DNA of 64,000 bases from an uncultured delta proteobacterium (lineage in GTDB: Bacteria > Desulfobacterota > Binatia > UBA9968). Location of the stretch: positions 96,001 to 160,000 of the forward strand of contig CAVYTU010000011.1 of assembly GCA_963771465.1 (NCBI GenBank), written 5' to 3'. The position numbers and the translations under genes are program-made. The notes under the pieces were generated by a model that searched no databases, was not told the DNA's origin, and worked only from the letters and a program-made list of their open reading frames with translations. Shown here one piece after another: positions 10,495 through 20,613 of this stretch (position 1 is its first letter; each line of letters opens with the position of its first letter).

Positions 10495-12120
10495 ATGACC
10501 ATGGATAACACGCTGCAAAATATTCATACCCTGGTGGAAAAGGGCACCATCGAGCAGCGCTGCGCGGCGTTGCTCGTGCTCGGTGCTCTCAAAGTCAACA
10601 ACGCGGCGACCACCAAACTGATCGGCACGATCCTCGACAGCCCGAACCCGGTGCTGAAGGATTACGCCCTGCGTTATTTCGAAGAGGTGCAGCCGAAAAG
10701 CAACACGACGCAGCTGCTCAGGATGCTCGATGACGGCGACCGCGACATTCAAGAGCGCGCGGTCAAATCCTTGATCGGCATCGGCCAGGCCGCGGTGCAG
10801 CCGCTGCTTCAAGGCGCCAAAGATGCCTCGCGCACCTGGCAGTTAAATTCCGCGCGGGTGCTCGCCGCGGTACGCGGCAAGCCGGCGCTCAAGGGCTTGC
10901 TGCAATTGCTTGTCGCCGGTACTGATGAGACCAACAAAGTCATCTGCGATCTGATGACCCCGGCGTTGCGCGAGATGGAGGCTAAAGATCTCGACGCGCT
11001 CTACGACGAAGTCGAGGAGTTCGCGGCTAAGCTCGATGTCAAACAGCAACGGCCGGCGGCAGTTTCGTCGATGCGTCTGCTGGGGCAACTGGGCCGGCCG
11101 CCGGCGCGCCGCTGGTTGTTTAAATTCGTCGGCGCCGAGCACCATCCCGCCGTGCGCGCCCATGCTTTGGTCGCGCTGCTGCGCTGTTTGCGCGACCAGG
11201 AGATTCGCAAAGACGAATACGCAAAATTATTTCCCCTGCTCGAAGAAGCCGAGTTCAGCGAGGTGACGCGCTTGACCCTCGACCTGCTGGATGCCCATGA
11301 GCTGCCGGACGATTCGCGTTCGCTGTTAGCCAAGCTCATGCAAAGCCCGCATAGCGACGTGCAAAAATTCGCACTGAGGAAAATGGGCGATGTGGCGACA
11401 CCGGCGACCATCCGCACACTGGTCGAAGAGTTGGGCGACGCCGACTATCGCAAGCGCGACGTCGCCGCCAGCTCGCTGCGCAAGATTCCTGAAGCGCGCA
11501 ATGTTCTGATCAAAGAGTTAACGACTTGTGAAGACCCAAGCAAAGCCTGGAGCATCGCAGAATTGTTGCCATCCTTCGAAGGCAAATGGCGCCACGATAC
11601 CGTGGAGACGCTGTGGAAACGTTTGCAAGCGGCGATCGGCGCAGACGAGCGCATCCAGACCGCTTTTCTTCACGTGCTCAAGAGCGCCGATCAGGAATTT
11701 GTTTATGACAAGCTCGCCGAGCACGGCGCCAAACTGGTCAAAGGAAAAAAGTACAAAGAGGCGGTGGGGTTTCTCGCGCCGCTCAAAGAGTTTCCCGCGG
11801 GTAAGCCGGACAGCAAGTTTCACCTCGCCTTCGCGCAACTAAAACTCCACTCGCATACCGTGGCAACCCATCGCCAGCATCCAGCCATCGAGCTGTTCAC
11901 CGAGCTCTACCGAAACTCCAGCTATCCGGTTTTCGAGACGCTGCGCAAGGACAAGAGCCTCGCACCGGAGGAGCTTTTCTCTTTGGGTTTCGGCTTAGTC
12001 GAGCGCAGCGGTCAAGAGCGCGGTCTGGGCGTGGACCTGCTCGAACATGTCGCCGAAAAGTTTCCTCGCAATAAGATTGGCAAGAACGCCAAGAACAAGC
12101 TCAAGCTGGTTGGTGCGTGA
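10495..12120 (+). CDS. HEAT-repeat protein
   Basis: Repeated helical units (LLRMLDDGDRDIQERAVKSL, LVEELGDADYRKRDVAASSL). Confidence 0.75.
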   Translation: MTMDNTLQNIHTLVEKGTIEQRCAALLVLGALKVNNAATTKLIGTILDSPNPVLKDYALRYFEEVQPKSNTTQLLRMLDDGDRDIQERAVKSLIGIGQAAVQPLLQGAKDASRTWQLNSARVLAAVRGKPALKGLLQLLVAGTDETNKVICDLMTPALREMEAKDLDALYDEVEEFAAKLDVKQQRPAAVSSMRLLGQLGRPPARRWLFKFVGAEHHPAVRAHALVALLRCLRDQEIRKDEYAKLFPLLEEAEFSEVTRLTLDLLDAHELPDDSRSLLAKLMQSPHSDVQKFALRKMGDVATPATIRTLVEELGDADYRKRDVAASSLRKIPEARNVLIKELTTCEDPSKAWSIAELLPSFEGKWRHDTVETLWKRLQAAIGADERIQTAFLHVLKSADQEFVYDKLAEHGAKLVKGKKYKEAVGFLAPLKEFPAGKPDSKFHLAFAQLKLHSHTVATHRQHPAIELFTELYRNSSYPVFETLRKDKSLAPEELFSLGFGLVERSGQERGLGVDLLEHVAEKFPRNKIGKNAKNKLKLVGA

Positions 12121-12175
12121 CCGAATCTTTGCTAGTCCCGCAATCTGTTTTTGGTTCCACTGCAAAGCAGAAATC

Positions 12176-12490
12176 ATGAAGGGCCTGGTTCTCTATACAC
12201 TGGCCGCGGCATTGTATGTCACCGGCGGTGTGTTCATGAAGCACTCCGCAGGACTGACGCGATGGTTGCCCGGGCTGGCACTGGTAGCGCTGTTCAGCGC
12301 CGGCGCACTGATGCAAGCCTGGGCGATGAAGCGCGAACCGCTGGGCTCGAGTTATGTTCTTGTGCTTGGTCTCGAAGCTCTGCTCGCGGTTCTTGCCGGT
12401 TACTTCCTTTTCGCCGAACAGATGACAATAAAAATGATTTCTGGTGTCGTCCTTGTGGTACTGGGAATAATTCTGCTGCGGCTATCCTAA
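12176..12490 (+). CDS. SMR/DMT family small multidrug transporter
   Basis: 104 aa, four hydrophobic segments, MKHSAGLT, PLGSSY, FAEQMT. Confidence 0.8.
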   Translation: MKGLVLYTLAAALYVTGGVFMKHSAGLTRWLPGLALVALFSAGALMQAWAMKREPLGSSYVLVLGLEALLAVLAGYFLFAEQMTIKMISGVVLVVLGIILLRLS

Positions 12491-12512
12491 AAGCTAAGAC
12501 CGATGCGCCTGA

Positions 12513-13583
12513 CTAGCGCTTTGGCAGCGGTCCTGGTCCGGAAAGCTTCTTGAACAAGTCGATCAGCTCTGTTTCGCGTGGCAGCTCGCGCAATTGTTTT
12601 TCAAAATCCTCCGACGCCAGAGGCATGGCGGGCTCCGAAGTGAGTTTCTCATAGGCTTTGACGTACTCCGGGTCAGCGAAGGTTTTGCGCATGGCTTCAC
12701 GCAAAATTTTCACTGGCTCCGCCGGCGTGCCCGGCGGCAAGACAAACGGCTGGCCGGTGTCGCGCGCGCCGCGAAAAAGATGGATGAGGCGGCGGTCTTG
12801 GTTCGAGCGAGCGAAACTCTCGATCTCGGGAAGCTTGGCCAGCCTGGCATCGGTGTGGTTGATGCCCTTAGGGATATCCATGGTAGCGTGAATGTTTATC
12901 AGATCTTTATCCAACCAATGCACGTTGCGGGTCAGCAAGCTGTCGAGAATGCTTACCCTGGCGTCGATTTCATTTCTTTCCAAGGCGAAGTCGATTTCCC
13001 GCGGCGTATAGCCCGTGACAAAACGGGGCTCTTTCATGTCCAACATGTAGGTGAACAGCCGGGCCATGGTGTAGAGACTGTGGCCCACGGCGGGAGCGCC
13101 GATACGAACGCCGCGGCTCGCAGTCAATTTTTCCGCGCTGTTGAATCCGGCAGCTTTGCGGGTAAGAAAAGCATAGGGCGCGTAGCGGGCATGGGAGCCG
13201 AGATAAATGAACTTATCTAGTTCATAGAGCACGTCGGTTTCGCCGAAAATCGTGCCCTGAACCATGCCGGTGAGCATGGCGCCGATGGTCAAACCGTCAG
13301 GCCGAACCGACTTGTACATGTGATTGGCGGCCTTGCGCCCGCCGGCGCCAGGCATGTATTGCACCACGATGTTAGGATGGCCGGGTATGTGTTTTTTCAA
13401 GACCGGAATCACTGCGCGAGTACGGAGATCGCCGGCGCCGCCGGCGTCAGTGCCGCTGACGAGTAGAATATTCTTGCCTTCGTAGACAGGCGTCTGGGCT
13501 ACGGCGATTGAGACCATGGCGAGCCACTGCGCCAGCAGAAGGAAAACGCTAAACCCGACGATTTGAAGTTTGAATTTATCCAT
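12513..13583 (-). CDS. TctC/Bug-like TTT substrate-binding protein
   Basis: YEGKNI, KHIPGHPNIVVQYMPGAGG, RPDGLTIG, C-terminal GPLPKR. Confidence 0.88.
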   Translation of the reverse strand: MDKFKLQIVGFSVFLLLAQWLAMVSIAVAQTPVYEGKNILLVSGTDAGGAGDLRTRAVIPVLKKHIPGHPNIVVQYMPGAGGRKAANHMYKSVRPDGLTIGAMLTGMVQGTIFGETDVLYELDKFIYLGSHARYAPYAFLTRKAAGFNSAEKLTASRGVRIGAPAVGHSLYTMARLFTYMLDMKEPRFVTGYTPREIDFALERNEIDARVSILDSLLTRNVHWLDKDLINIHATMDIPKGINHTDARLAKLPEIESFARSNQDRRLIHLFRGARDTGQPFVLPPGTPAEPVKILREAMRKTFADPEYVKAYEKLTSEPAMPLASEDFEKQLRELPRETELIDLFKKLSGPGPLPKR

Positions 13584-14413
13584 TAGTTGGTTAGCTCCCA
13601 CCAATTTTTATCCAAGTCGCTGAAGATAAAACTCGTTTTGCCGTTGTTGTTTTCAAGTGTGCCAACCTCGGTGATGCCTAAATCATTTTGTCTCGCTTCG
13701 AACTCGCGATGCGCTTGTTCCACTTCCACGGCTGAACCCATTTGCAACGTGAATCGGTTGACCGGCGCCAGGTATTGGCGTGGGCTGCGTTGCAGGACCA
13801 CGATGTACCAAGGGGTGGCTGGATGTTTGATATATTGCGCCGTATTGAAGCCAGCGGCGATTTCCAGACCGAGCACCTCGACGTAGAAGCGCCGGCTGCG
13901 CTCGACGTCGTCGCATTGAAGCGTGCCGTGGGTAAAAGCCTGGGGTACGTAACCGCGGCCGGGAAATTGTTCACTGCTTAATGTGTTGTCCCAATGGCCC
14001 GCCGTGTGCGAGCGGCCGTGCAGTGCGCCGCCGGGATTGTAGTATTCGATTTCCAAATGATTGCCGCCGGGCTCGTGAAAATAGATCGAGTAGGCGAAGT
14101 GCGCGCTCTGCGGTTTGGTGATCTTGCTCAGGCGATAATTTTCTTTATTCGCTTCGACAAACTTCCACGCTGCTTCCACTTCCTCATGACTGGCGACGCG
14201 AAAGCCATAGTGGTTGTCGAAAGTTTTTTCCGGCGCGCGGGGACCGCCTTCGTGAACGATCAGCTTCCAGTCGGTGTTGGGATGCTTGACCGTCGCTTCA
14301 CCCGGTTTGCGTTCGATCACTTCCATGGCCAGGAGATCGGTGAAGACCGGCAGCGTTTCCTCAAACGAGCGGCATTCGTAATGGCCGGCGATGAGCCCGA
14401 TAGTTTTAAGCAT
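13583..14413 (-). CDS. VOC/glyoxalase superfamily protein, two domains
   Basis: NHYGF, YFHEPGGNHLEIEY, THGTL, FSDLDKNWWELT; stop overlaps next start (TAATG). Confidence 0.85.
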   Translation of the reverse strand: MLKTIGLIAGHYECRSFEETLPVFTDLLAMEVIERKPGEATVKHPNTDWKLIVHEGGPRAPEKTFDNHYGFRVASHEEVEAAWKFVEANKENYRLSKITKPQSAHFAYSIYFHEPGGNHLEIEYYNPGGALHGRSHTAGHWDNTLSSEQFPGRGYVPQAFTHGTLQCDDVERSRRFYVEVLGLEIAAGFNTAQYIKHPATPWYIVVLQRSPRQYLAPVNRFTLQMGSAVEVEQAHREFEARQNDLGITEVGTLENNNGKTSFIFSDLDKNWWELTN

Positions 14414-14504
14414 GGCCTCTCTCCTCAAATCAATATGGCGATAAAATTACTTGTCTGACGCGCGGCGCGCAAGAGGAGCGGTTGCACGGCCGGATCTTTC
14501 GTCA

Positions 14505-15512
14505 TCAGTTTTTGTATAGAGTTTTAAGAAATCCTTCCTTTTCTAATTCGTCGAGGATGGTCGAATCGATGAAACGGCGCGGGTCGGCGGTTTTGGCGCC
14601 AGGGAGTTTCTCCATGCCTTCGAGAATCGTTTTCACTCCGTCGATTGACGTGCGCGGTATGCGGAGCATATGTTTCGCTTGGATGGCATAGGCTTCCTTC
14701 ACTTCGTCGCGATTTTTCGCCCGGGTCCATTTCTGAATTATCTTGATGCTGAACTCTTCGTCTTCGAGATAAGTCTTCATGCCTTCCAGGAAGCCGCGCA
14801 TGAATCGTTTCGCCGTATCGCGTTGGCCGTCGATGAAACGTTTGCGCGTGACCACGGTGCCGGTGATGTAAGTCTTGCCGATCTTGGTCATGTCGAACAG
14901 TTCGACGTAACCCAGGCTTTTCGCGCGCAAGTTGCTCGGTAGGGAGATCGGCGCGGCGTCGATGACGCCGTTCACCAGGCCTTGCACTAGCAAACCCATC
15001 TCGTTCAGTTGCACCATGGTGACGTCGGTGGCAGGGTCGAGATTCCATATTCTTAACATCGCGCGCGCCAGGGCATCGGGCGTGGCGCCGAAGCGGGTGA
15101 CGCCGACTCGTTTGCCTTTGAGATCTTGCGGCGTCTTGATTTTCGCATTGACGATGAAGCTGTAGAGCGGCTTGTCGAGGATCGCGCCCAAGAAGAGCGT
15201 ATCGGCGCCGCTCAGATTGGCGCTGACGCAAGCGTCGGTGACCGACTGAGCGATGGCGACTTCACCGGCGAGCAGCGCTTGCAGAGCGGTGATGCTGCTC
15301 GCGTGAATGAGCTCGACGTCGAGACCATGTTTTTTGAAATGGCTGGCGTCGTGAGCGATCCACGGTATCGCCTGGTTGACGGTGATGGCGCTGTAAGCGA
15401 GACGCAAAGGAGTGGGTTTTGCGGTCTCGGCCGCGTTTGCCGCCGGGCTTATAAAGAAAATCACGGCAAGCCCGGCAGTCAGGCTGCACAAGTATTGACC
15501 TCTAAGCTTCAT
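14505..15512 (-). CDS. NitT/TauT ABC substrate-binding protein
   Basis: FKKHGLDVEL, DLKGKRVGVTRFG, C-terminal ELEKEGF. Confidence 0.88.
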   Translation of the reverse strand: MKLRGQYLCSLTAGLAVIFFISPAANAAETAKPTPLRLAYSAITVNQAIPWIAHDASHFKKHGLDVELIHASSITALQALLAGEVAIAQSVTDACVSANLSGADTLFLGAILDKPLYSFIVNAKIKTPQDLKGKRVGVTRFGATPDALARAMLRIWNLDPATDVTMVQLNEMGLLVQGLVNGVIDAAPISLPSNLRAKSLGYVELFDMTKIGKTYITGTVVTRKRFIDGQRDTAKRFMRGFLEGMKTYLEDEEFSIKIIQKWTRAKNRDEVKEAYAIQAKHMLRIPRTSIDGVKTILEGMEKLPGAKTADPRRFIDSTILDELEKEGFLKTLYKN

Positions 15513-15859
15513 TGTTCTTCCATTGAGGCAACGCCAACTCGAATTATGCTTGCCAGTCATCGAGCAAAGTATCGTCTTCGCTAAAGGTCTTGCAAGGCGG
15601 CGGTGGATTAAAGTTTGCGGTGATCCTGACCGATCTAATGTAAAGAAGTTTAACAACGCGGCAGACTCACCTTAATGCCAAGGAACATGCGAGAAGCTAA
15701 AGGAGCGCGCGTTAGTTAATACGCGCCGGTGCGAGTGGTATGGATTTCGCTTCGTACAGGACTCTGGTTGATGCGATGAGCGGGCACCCCCATGTGGTCA
15801 CCATGGGTGTTCGGGAGCAAATGGTGAAACCGGCAGCCGAGTGCGCCGGATTTATTGCC

Positions 15860-16228
15860 ATGAGCTCAGCCGCCACTTTATTCACGCCGCAACGATTCGC
15901 TAGATTACGATTATGCACGTGCGGATTGGTTTTCATCGCGCTGCTGGCCGCCGATAATTTTGAGTTTCAATCCAAGGCCGCCGATGCGGGGTCAGCTACG
16001 GCTAAATTCCGAGTCAGCGCGCGTGTGGTCAGAAGCTGCCATGTTTCGTCCCAGACATTGATCGCGCAACCGAGCGTCACGGCGAATGTGCCGGTCAACG
16101 TGAAGTGCGACAAGAATGCCCCGAGTCGCCTCTCCACTCTGGAGCCCGTCCGTGCCACGGTGAGTTATACTTGGCTCGAAGGCTCGGAAGATTCTGCCGG
16201 CACCAAGCTCGTCACATTACATTTCTAA
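15860..16228 (+). CDS. Secreted protein resembling the N-terminus of spore coat U / Csu-type fimbrial subunits
   Basis: Hydrophobic leader, ATAKFRVSARVVRSCHV, VNVKC, terminal VTLHF; start uncertain. Confidence 0.45.
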   Translation: MSSAATLFTPQRFARLRLCTCGLVFIALLAADNFEFQSKAADAGSATAKFRVSARVVRSCHVSSQTLIAQPSVTANVPVNVKCDKNAPSRLSTLEPVRATVSYTWLEGSEDSAGTKLVTLHF

Positions 16229-16396
16229 GCCAGTGACGAATTGCCATTTCTCAATTCAATTCTTCAGCACTTCATCGATCACTTTCAGCGGCGCCCCAGC
16301 CATGCAGGCGAATTGACTTAGCAAAACGGTTTCTTATACTCATGCAACTTTATCGCTAGCGGAGTAGAATTAACCGAACAAGAAAGAGGTGTAACG

Positions 16397-17416
16397 TTGA
16401 TTTTCTCGAACATAAAGAACGCAGTGAACCTCTCGGTGTGGTTATTGGCCATGGGCGGCCAAATCGCTTGGGCGCAGAGCGACGACCGCACCAAGATGAT
16501 CGAAGCGGCGAAGAAAGAAGGCAGACTGGTTTGGTATACGTCGACCAACCTGACTGAGTCCAAGCCGCTGCTTGACGACTTCGAAAAGCAATACCCATTT
16601 ATCAAAGGCGAAATCGTTCGCGCCAGCGGCGAGAGGACGCTCAACCGTATCGTCACCGAAGCGCGCGCGAACCACTCCGCGTTCGATATCGTGACGATCA
16701 GCGAGGTCGATGCTTTGATCAACGCCAAACTGCTCGCGCCGTATCGCTCGCCGGAGGCGGCAAGCTTCATTCCCGAATTTAAAGAGCCGAACGGTTATTG
16801 GTCGGCGGTTTACATCAATTACACCACGATCGGCTACAACCCAAAGTTGGTGAGCGAGAAAGATGCGCCCAAACAGTGGGAAGATTTGTTGGACCCCAAG
16901 TGGCGCGGCAAGATCTCCATCGACCAAGAGCAGTATCCATGGTTTGGCACGTTGCATAAAGCTTGGGGGCGCGAGCGGGCGCAGAAGTATGTGCGTGGGA
17001 TGGCGAAGCAAAACATTCAGTGGAACAAAGGCCACACGCTGATCGCCCAGCTGATGACGGCGGGTGAGTTCCCGCTTGGAGTTATCTATGCGCACCGGGT
17101 CGAAGAGATGAAGCAAAGAGGCGCGCCGATTGAATGGGTGAGTACCGTCAATCCTATCGTGGTGACCGTTAACGCGGCAGGCTTGAGCTCCAAACCGCAG
17201 CATCCGAATACGGCGAAGCTCTTCTACGATTTTCTCATGTCCCGACCGGCGCAACAGCGGCTGAGATCGTTGCGGCGAATTCCGGCGCGGCCCGACATCG
17301 AACCATTTTCGCCACGCATGGAGCAGTCGAAGCTGAAATTGCAGGTCGAGCCATCGCAGACCGGACCGCAGTTCAACGCGACGATCAAAGAATTCCGCGA
17401 GATTTTCGGACTGTAA
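16397..17416 (+). CDS. ABC extracellular solute-binding protein (Fe3+/AfuA-like)
   Basis: AAKKEGRLVWYTS, PKQWEDLLDPKWRGK, HPNTAKLFYDFLMS. Confidence 0.88.
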   Translation: MIFSNIKNAVNLSVWLLAMGGQIAWAQSDDRTKMIEAAKKEGRLVWYTSTNLTESKPLLDDFEKQYPFIKGEIVRASGERTLNRIVTEARANHSAFDIVTISEVDALINAKLLAPYRSPEAASFIPEFKEPNGYWSAVYINYTTIGYNPKLVSEKDAPKQWEDLLDPKWRGKISIDQEQYPWFGTLHKAWGRERAQKYVRGMAKQNIQWNKGHTLIAQLMTAGEFPLGVIYAHRVEEMKQRGAPIEWVSTVNPIVVTVNAAGLSSKPQHPNTAKLFYDFLMSRPAQQRLRSLRRIPARPDIEPFSPRMEQSKLKLQVEPSQTGPQFNATIKEFREIFGL

Positions 17417-17469
17417 GCAGGTCAGCCAGAGTTTGGGGTTAAGCGCCGAGGCTTGTCCCGAGCGCATAG

Positions 17470-17571
17470 GCGAAATCGGAGCCGGAGCAGTTCGTCGACC
17501 TGAGTTTTCTGCAGGAGTTGGAGAAGGAAGGTTACTTCAACGAGATGGCGAAGCCCTATCCCGCAAAATAG
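17470..17571 (+). pseudogene. Relic C-terminus of a NitT/TauT SBP
   Basis: Manual translation AKSEPEQFVDLSFLQELEKEGYFNEMAKPYPAK* resembles the C-termini of SBPs at 14505 and 59475; no upstream body. Confidence 0.65.
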
Positions 17572-17655
17572 AGCATCGGATATTTAGCTGCAAAGAACAC
17601 AACGTACGCAAAGGGAATACGAATACTTTACCACGAAGATCGACGCGGGCTTTGT

Positions 17656-17916
17656 CTACGCCGTTGCGTTACGGGATCTGAACTTCTGGACGATCCATAA
17701 CAAGAGAAATGCGCCGACGATCGAGCCTATCCAACCGGCGCCCTGGCCGGCGTCATACCAGCCCACTGCTTGACCGAGGTACGTCGCGACAATCGAACCG
17801 GCAATCCCGATCAAGGTCGTCAGAATAAATCCCATATTCTCCTTGCCTGGCATGATGAGTTTCGCAATCACGCCGACGACAAATCCGATGATAATGGTCA
17901 TCAAAAGGCCAAACAT
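17656..17916 (-). CDS. GlsB/YeaQ/YmgE family stress-response membrane protein
   Basis: IIIGFVVGVIAKLIMPG, GIAGS, GWIGSIVGA. Confidence 0.9.
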   Translation of the reverse strand: MFGLLMTIIIGFVVGVIAKLIMPGKENMGFILTTLIGIAGSIVATYLGQAVGWYDAGQGAGWIGSIVGAFLLLWIVQKFRSRNATA

Positions 17917-17982
17917 GATCGTCTCCTTTGTCTACCGAGCCCTCGCCGGGGAAGTAGGGCATCCGCGCCGAAGTCGCAACCG

Positions 17983-18438
17983 CTATTTTAGCAGTTCGCC
18001 ATTTGTCAGCGCGGACAACCCTTGGTCAATTTTCTGATCGCTATTTTCCGGCACTTGTCCCTGCGGCGTAAGTCGGTTGATGATGTCCGGCAACATCTGG
18101 GCCATTGCCGAATTCGCCTGGTCCCGCGGCATTCTCAGCTGGGACGCCAGATCGCTGATCGTCGACGAGCCGAAGACCTGTTGTAGCTGGTCAGCGGAAA
18201 TGTTCATGTTTTGGCCGGTGCTTACCCAGGAGTCTGCATGCTGCGCGAGGCCGCCTTGACGGAACTTGCCAAGCACTTCTTCCAAGCCGCCATTTTGCTG
18301 CAGCATGGACAGTGCGATTTGCAGCAGTAAGTTTCCACTCTGCCCTTGGTTGCGCGCGGCGCCGAATGGACTTTGAGCTTGATTGCCGTCCAACAAAGAG
18401 CCGATCACATTGCCTAAGGGACCATCCAATAATCCCAT
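17983..18438 (-). CDS. YidB (DUF937) family protein
   Basis: QQNGGL, SWVSTGQNMNISADQL, LPDIINRLTPQGQVP. Confidence 0.9.
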   Translation of the reverse strand: MGLLDGPLGNVIGSLLDGNQAQSPFGAARNQGQSGNLLLQIALSMLQQNGGLEEVLGKFRQGGLAQHADSWVSTGQNMNISADQLQQVFGSSTISDLASQLRMPRDQANSAMAQMLPDIINRLTPQGQVPENSDQKIDQGLSALTNGELLK

Positions 18439-18611
18439 GGCTATTCCGCTCCTTTCAGATTGACATCAATCTGATAGTCGCACCTCTAGAGACCGAGCAA
18501 TGACTCTATCAGCAACTCTTTATTGGAAGCAATCTTTTCTGGAGCTGATTGCTTCTGTTAACGCTTAGTTGGAGTTATATCGGAATGGTATTGTCGCTCA
18601 AAAGCTGACCG

Positions 18612-18626
18612 TGGTAGGGCGATTGC
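18612..18626 (+). promoter_or_regulatory. Candidate sigma-54 (-24/-12) promoter of the BON gene
   Basis: TGGTAGGGCGATTGC has GG-N10-GC spacing, about 48 bp before ATG 18674. Confidence 0.4.
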
Positions 18627-18673
18627 CTGCAGAATGAATTTGGCGTTTCTCCAAACCAAAGGAGGTAAGGCTT

Positions 18674-18973
18674 ATGCAAGATAGAAAGTCGTTGCAATTG
18701 ATCACGGTAGCCATCGCTGTGTGCCTGGCTGCACTGTTGGGAGCTTGTAAAAAGGGTCCTGATGACGCAGCGTTGACGGCCAGCGTGAAATCGCAACTGT
18801 CGGCGCAAAGTCCGGCCTTGGCCTCCATGGTCAATGTAGAGACTAAGGAGGGAGTCGTAACTCTTACAGGGATGGTCGATAACGACTCGGCGAAGAGTCA
18901 GGCGGAGCAAGCCGCCAAGAGTGTCGCCAACGCGACATCGCCAAGAAACGACGGCAAACCCGATCCGTCGTAA
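18674..18973 (+). CDS. BON-domain lipoprotein, probably 3'-truncated
   Basis: Lipobox LGAC, DDAALTASVK, VETKEGVVTLTG; the tail after AKSVAN is not BON-like. Confidence 0.75.
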   Translation: MQDRKSLQLITVAIAVCLAALLGACKKGPDDAALTASVKSQLSAQSPALASMVNVETKEGVVTLTGMVDNDSAKSQAEQAAKSVANATSPRNDGKPDPS

Positions 18974-19005
18974 ATCCGTCCGCCCTTGAGAATTAGCTCG
19001 TACAT
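18931..19005 (-). pseudogene. 5' fragment of an N-acyl-D-amino-acid deacylase-type amidohydrolase
   Basis: GAGGTG RBS then MYELILKGGRIYDGSGLPSFLGDVA, matching the N-terminus of the gene at 37750-39456. Confidence 0.75.
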
Positions 19006-19157
19006 AAGTTCACCTCGGAAGACCGACTATATGGCGGCGATTATGTTCGCGCAACTGGTATGTCTTGCGACTATTCGTTCCACGCGATTCGAACTTATTG
19101 GGCGCAGTCAGTAATTCGATACATGTGACTTGCTTGTCGATTCAGTCGCAATGGCTC

Positions 19158-20447
19158 TCAGACTTCTTGTTGCAAAGTTTTAAGAGCGCGCAGAACCAGT
19201 TCCCGGCGGAATGCTTTTTCTTTGTCCGGCGACAGTTCGCGATTGCCAGTCGGGCTCGTGATGCCGCCGGAGGCGATGGCCCGCAGCGAGCCGACTTCCT
19301 TGGCGACGGGGATCATCGTGCAGATTTGCGTCACAGGGATTTCCAGCTTTTCTATTTCTTTGCTGATCGCTGCGCCGCAGCGAGTGCTGGAGCCTCAAGT
19401 AGACGTGAGGATCACGCCGGTGACTCCGGCTGCTTTTAACTGGTCGGCGATCTGCCGGCCGATCTGGGTGGCGTTTTCCACCGCGGCGTGGGCACCGCCG
19501 GTGGAGTGGACGAACTCATGCACTTTACCGATGACGCCTTCGCGTTCGAGCGCGCGCATAGTGTCGAGCGGCACTAAACGATTTGGATCTTGATTGGCGA
19601 ATGCAGTGTCGTAACCGGAGTGGACGGCGTCGTATTTGTCGGCGGTGAGAGAATTCACGCCGCTGATCGGAATAGTGGTGAAGCGCGTCGGTCGGCCGGG
19701 TTCGAGGTTGTCAGGATTGCCTTCAATCACCAAACCGCCGTCGGTGACCAGCGCGATCACGGCTGACTTCAGATCGCCTAGCGGCGCGGCTGGTTTGCTG
19801 CCGGCGAATTTCGGTGGCGCGATCTCGGAATGATATTCTTCGCCGCGCAATTTAGCGAGCAACATGTCGACGGCGCGCTCGGCGGGCGGCTTGGCGGCAA
19901 ACTCGTTGCGCTTGATACCGCGCGCCAAGTAGCCTTCGTCTGCTGGTTTGCCGATCGCTTCGCGGCGCGCCAGCTTCAATCCGAGCGCAGCCATGTGCTG
20001 CAGCGTTGGCACCATGCGTGCGATGGTCGCACCGGAATTGACGATGTAAATATGCTTTCGGTACAGGCTCGCGCCAACGTTGTCTTCGTCCATGCCGGCG
20101 ATGGCGGCGACGGCGAGTTTTTGCTGCGCCGCGTGGCAAATCGCGCCGCAGGCGACGCCGTAGCGGCCGCTCTCGAAAGCCGGACCAGCGACGACCAGAT
20201 CGGCTTTGAGTTCCGCCATGCGTTGAACCAATGCATCGTTGACTTCATCTTGATGCTCGGCAAAATAATTGTCGCCGCAATAGAGGGTCGCGACGACTTC
20301 GCCGTTGTCACGGAGCGCCTGTTGCAGCGCGCGCCCAGGACCGATGGGTCCGTCTTTGATGCCGGGACCGACATCGCCTTTTTCTTCACCACCGATCTGG
20401 GCGAAGAACTGATTCAAATAGTGGACGACGCGGATCTTTGTGCTCAT
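19158..20447 (-). CDS. grdB: Glycine/sarcosine/betaine reductase family selenoprotein B, Sec at codon 351 (429 aa)
   Basis: VVHYLNQFFAQIGGEEK, GPAFESGRYG, DPNRLVPLD, VILTST-UGA-GSSTRCGAAISKEIEKAGIPV continuing in frame to TGA 19158. Confidence 0.9.
19367..19383 (-). promoter_or_regulatory. SECIS-like hairpin
   Basis: UCGCUGC-GGC-GCAGCGA, a 7-bp stem at +12..+28 after the UGA at 19395-19397. Confidence 0.7.
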
Positions 20448-20477
20448 GGTGATAATTCCGAAAATCTACCGACTGAA

Positions 20478-20610
20478 AAATCCGAAATCCGAATGTCGAA
20501 ATCCGCAACCAACAAAGCCGAAATTCACAGCTCAAAATTTGAAACGTGCCGGTTTGGAATTTTCCTTGTTTTGATCATTTAGATTTGTTTCGAATTTCGA
20601 TTTCGAAATT
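20478..20610. repeat. Heptamer repeat palindrome (AAATCCG / CGAATTT)
   Basis: aaatccgaaatccgaatgtcgaaatccg facing tttcgaatttcgatttcgaaattt. Confidence 0.65.
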
Positions 20611-20613
20611 TAC

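Noticed and set aside
16255-16317. Possible relic C-terminus on the minus strand (FACMAGAPLKVIDEVLKN*)
   Set aside because: Too short to assign to a family without a database search.
16442-17467. 341-aa minus-strand ORF and the many similar overlapping ORFs in the track
   Set aside because: They are antisense or alternate-frame shadows of well-supported genes.
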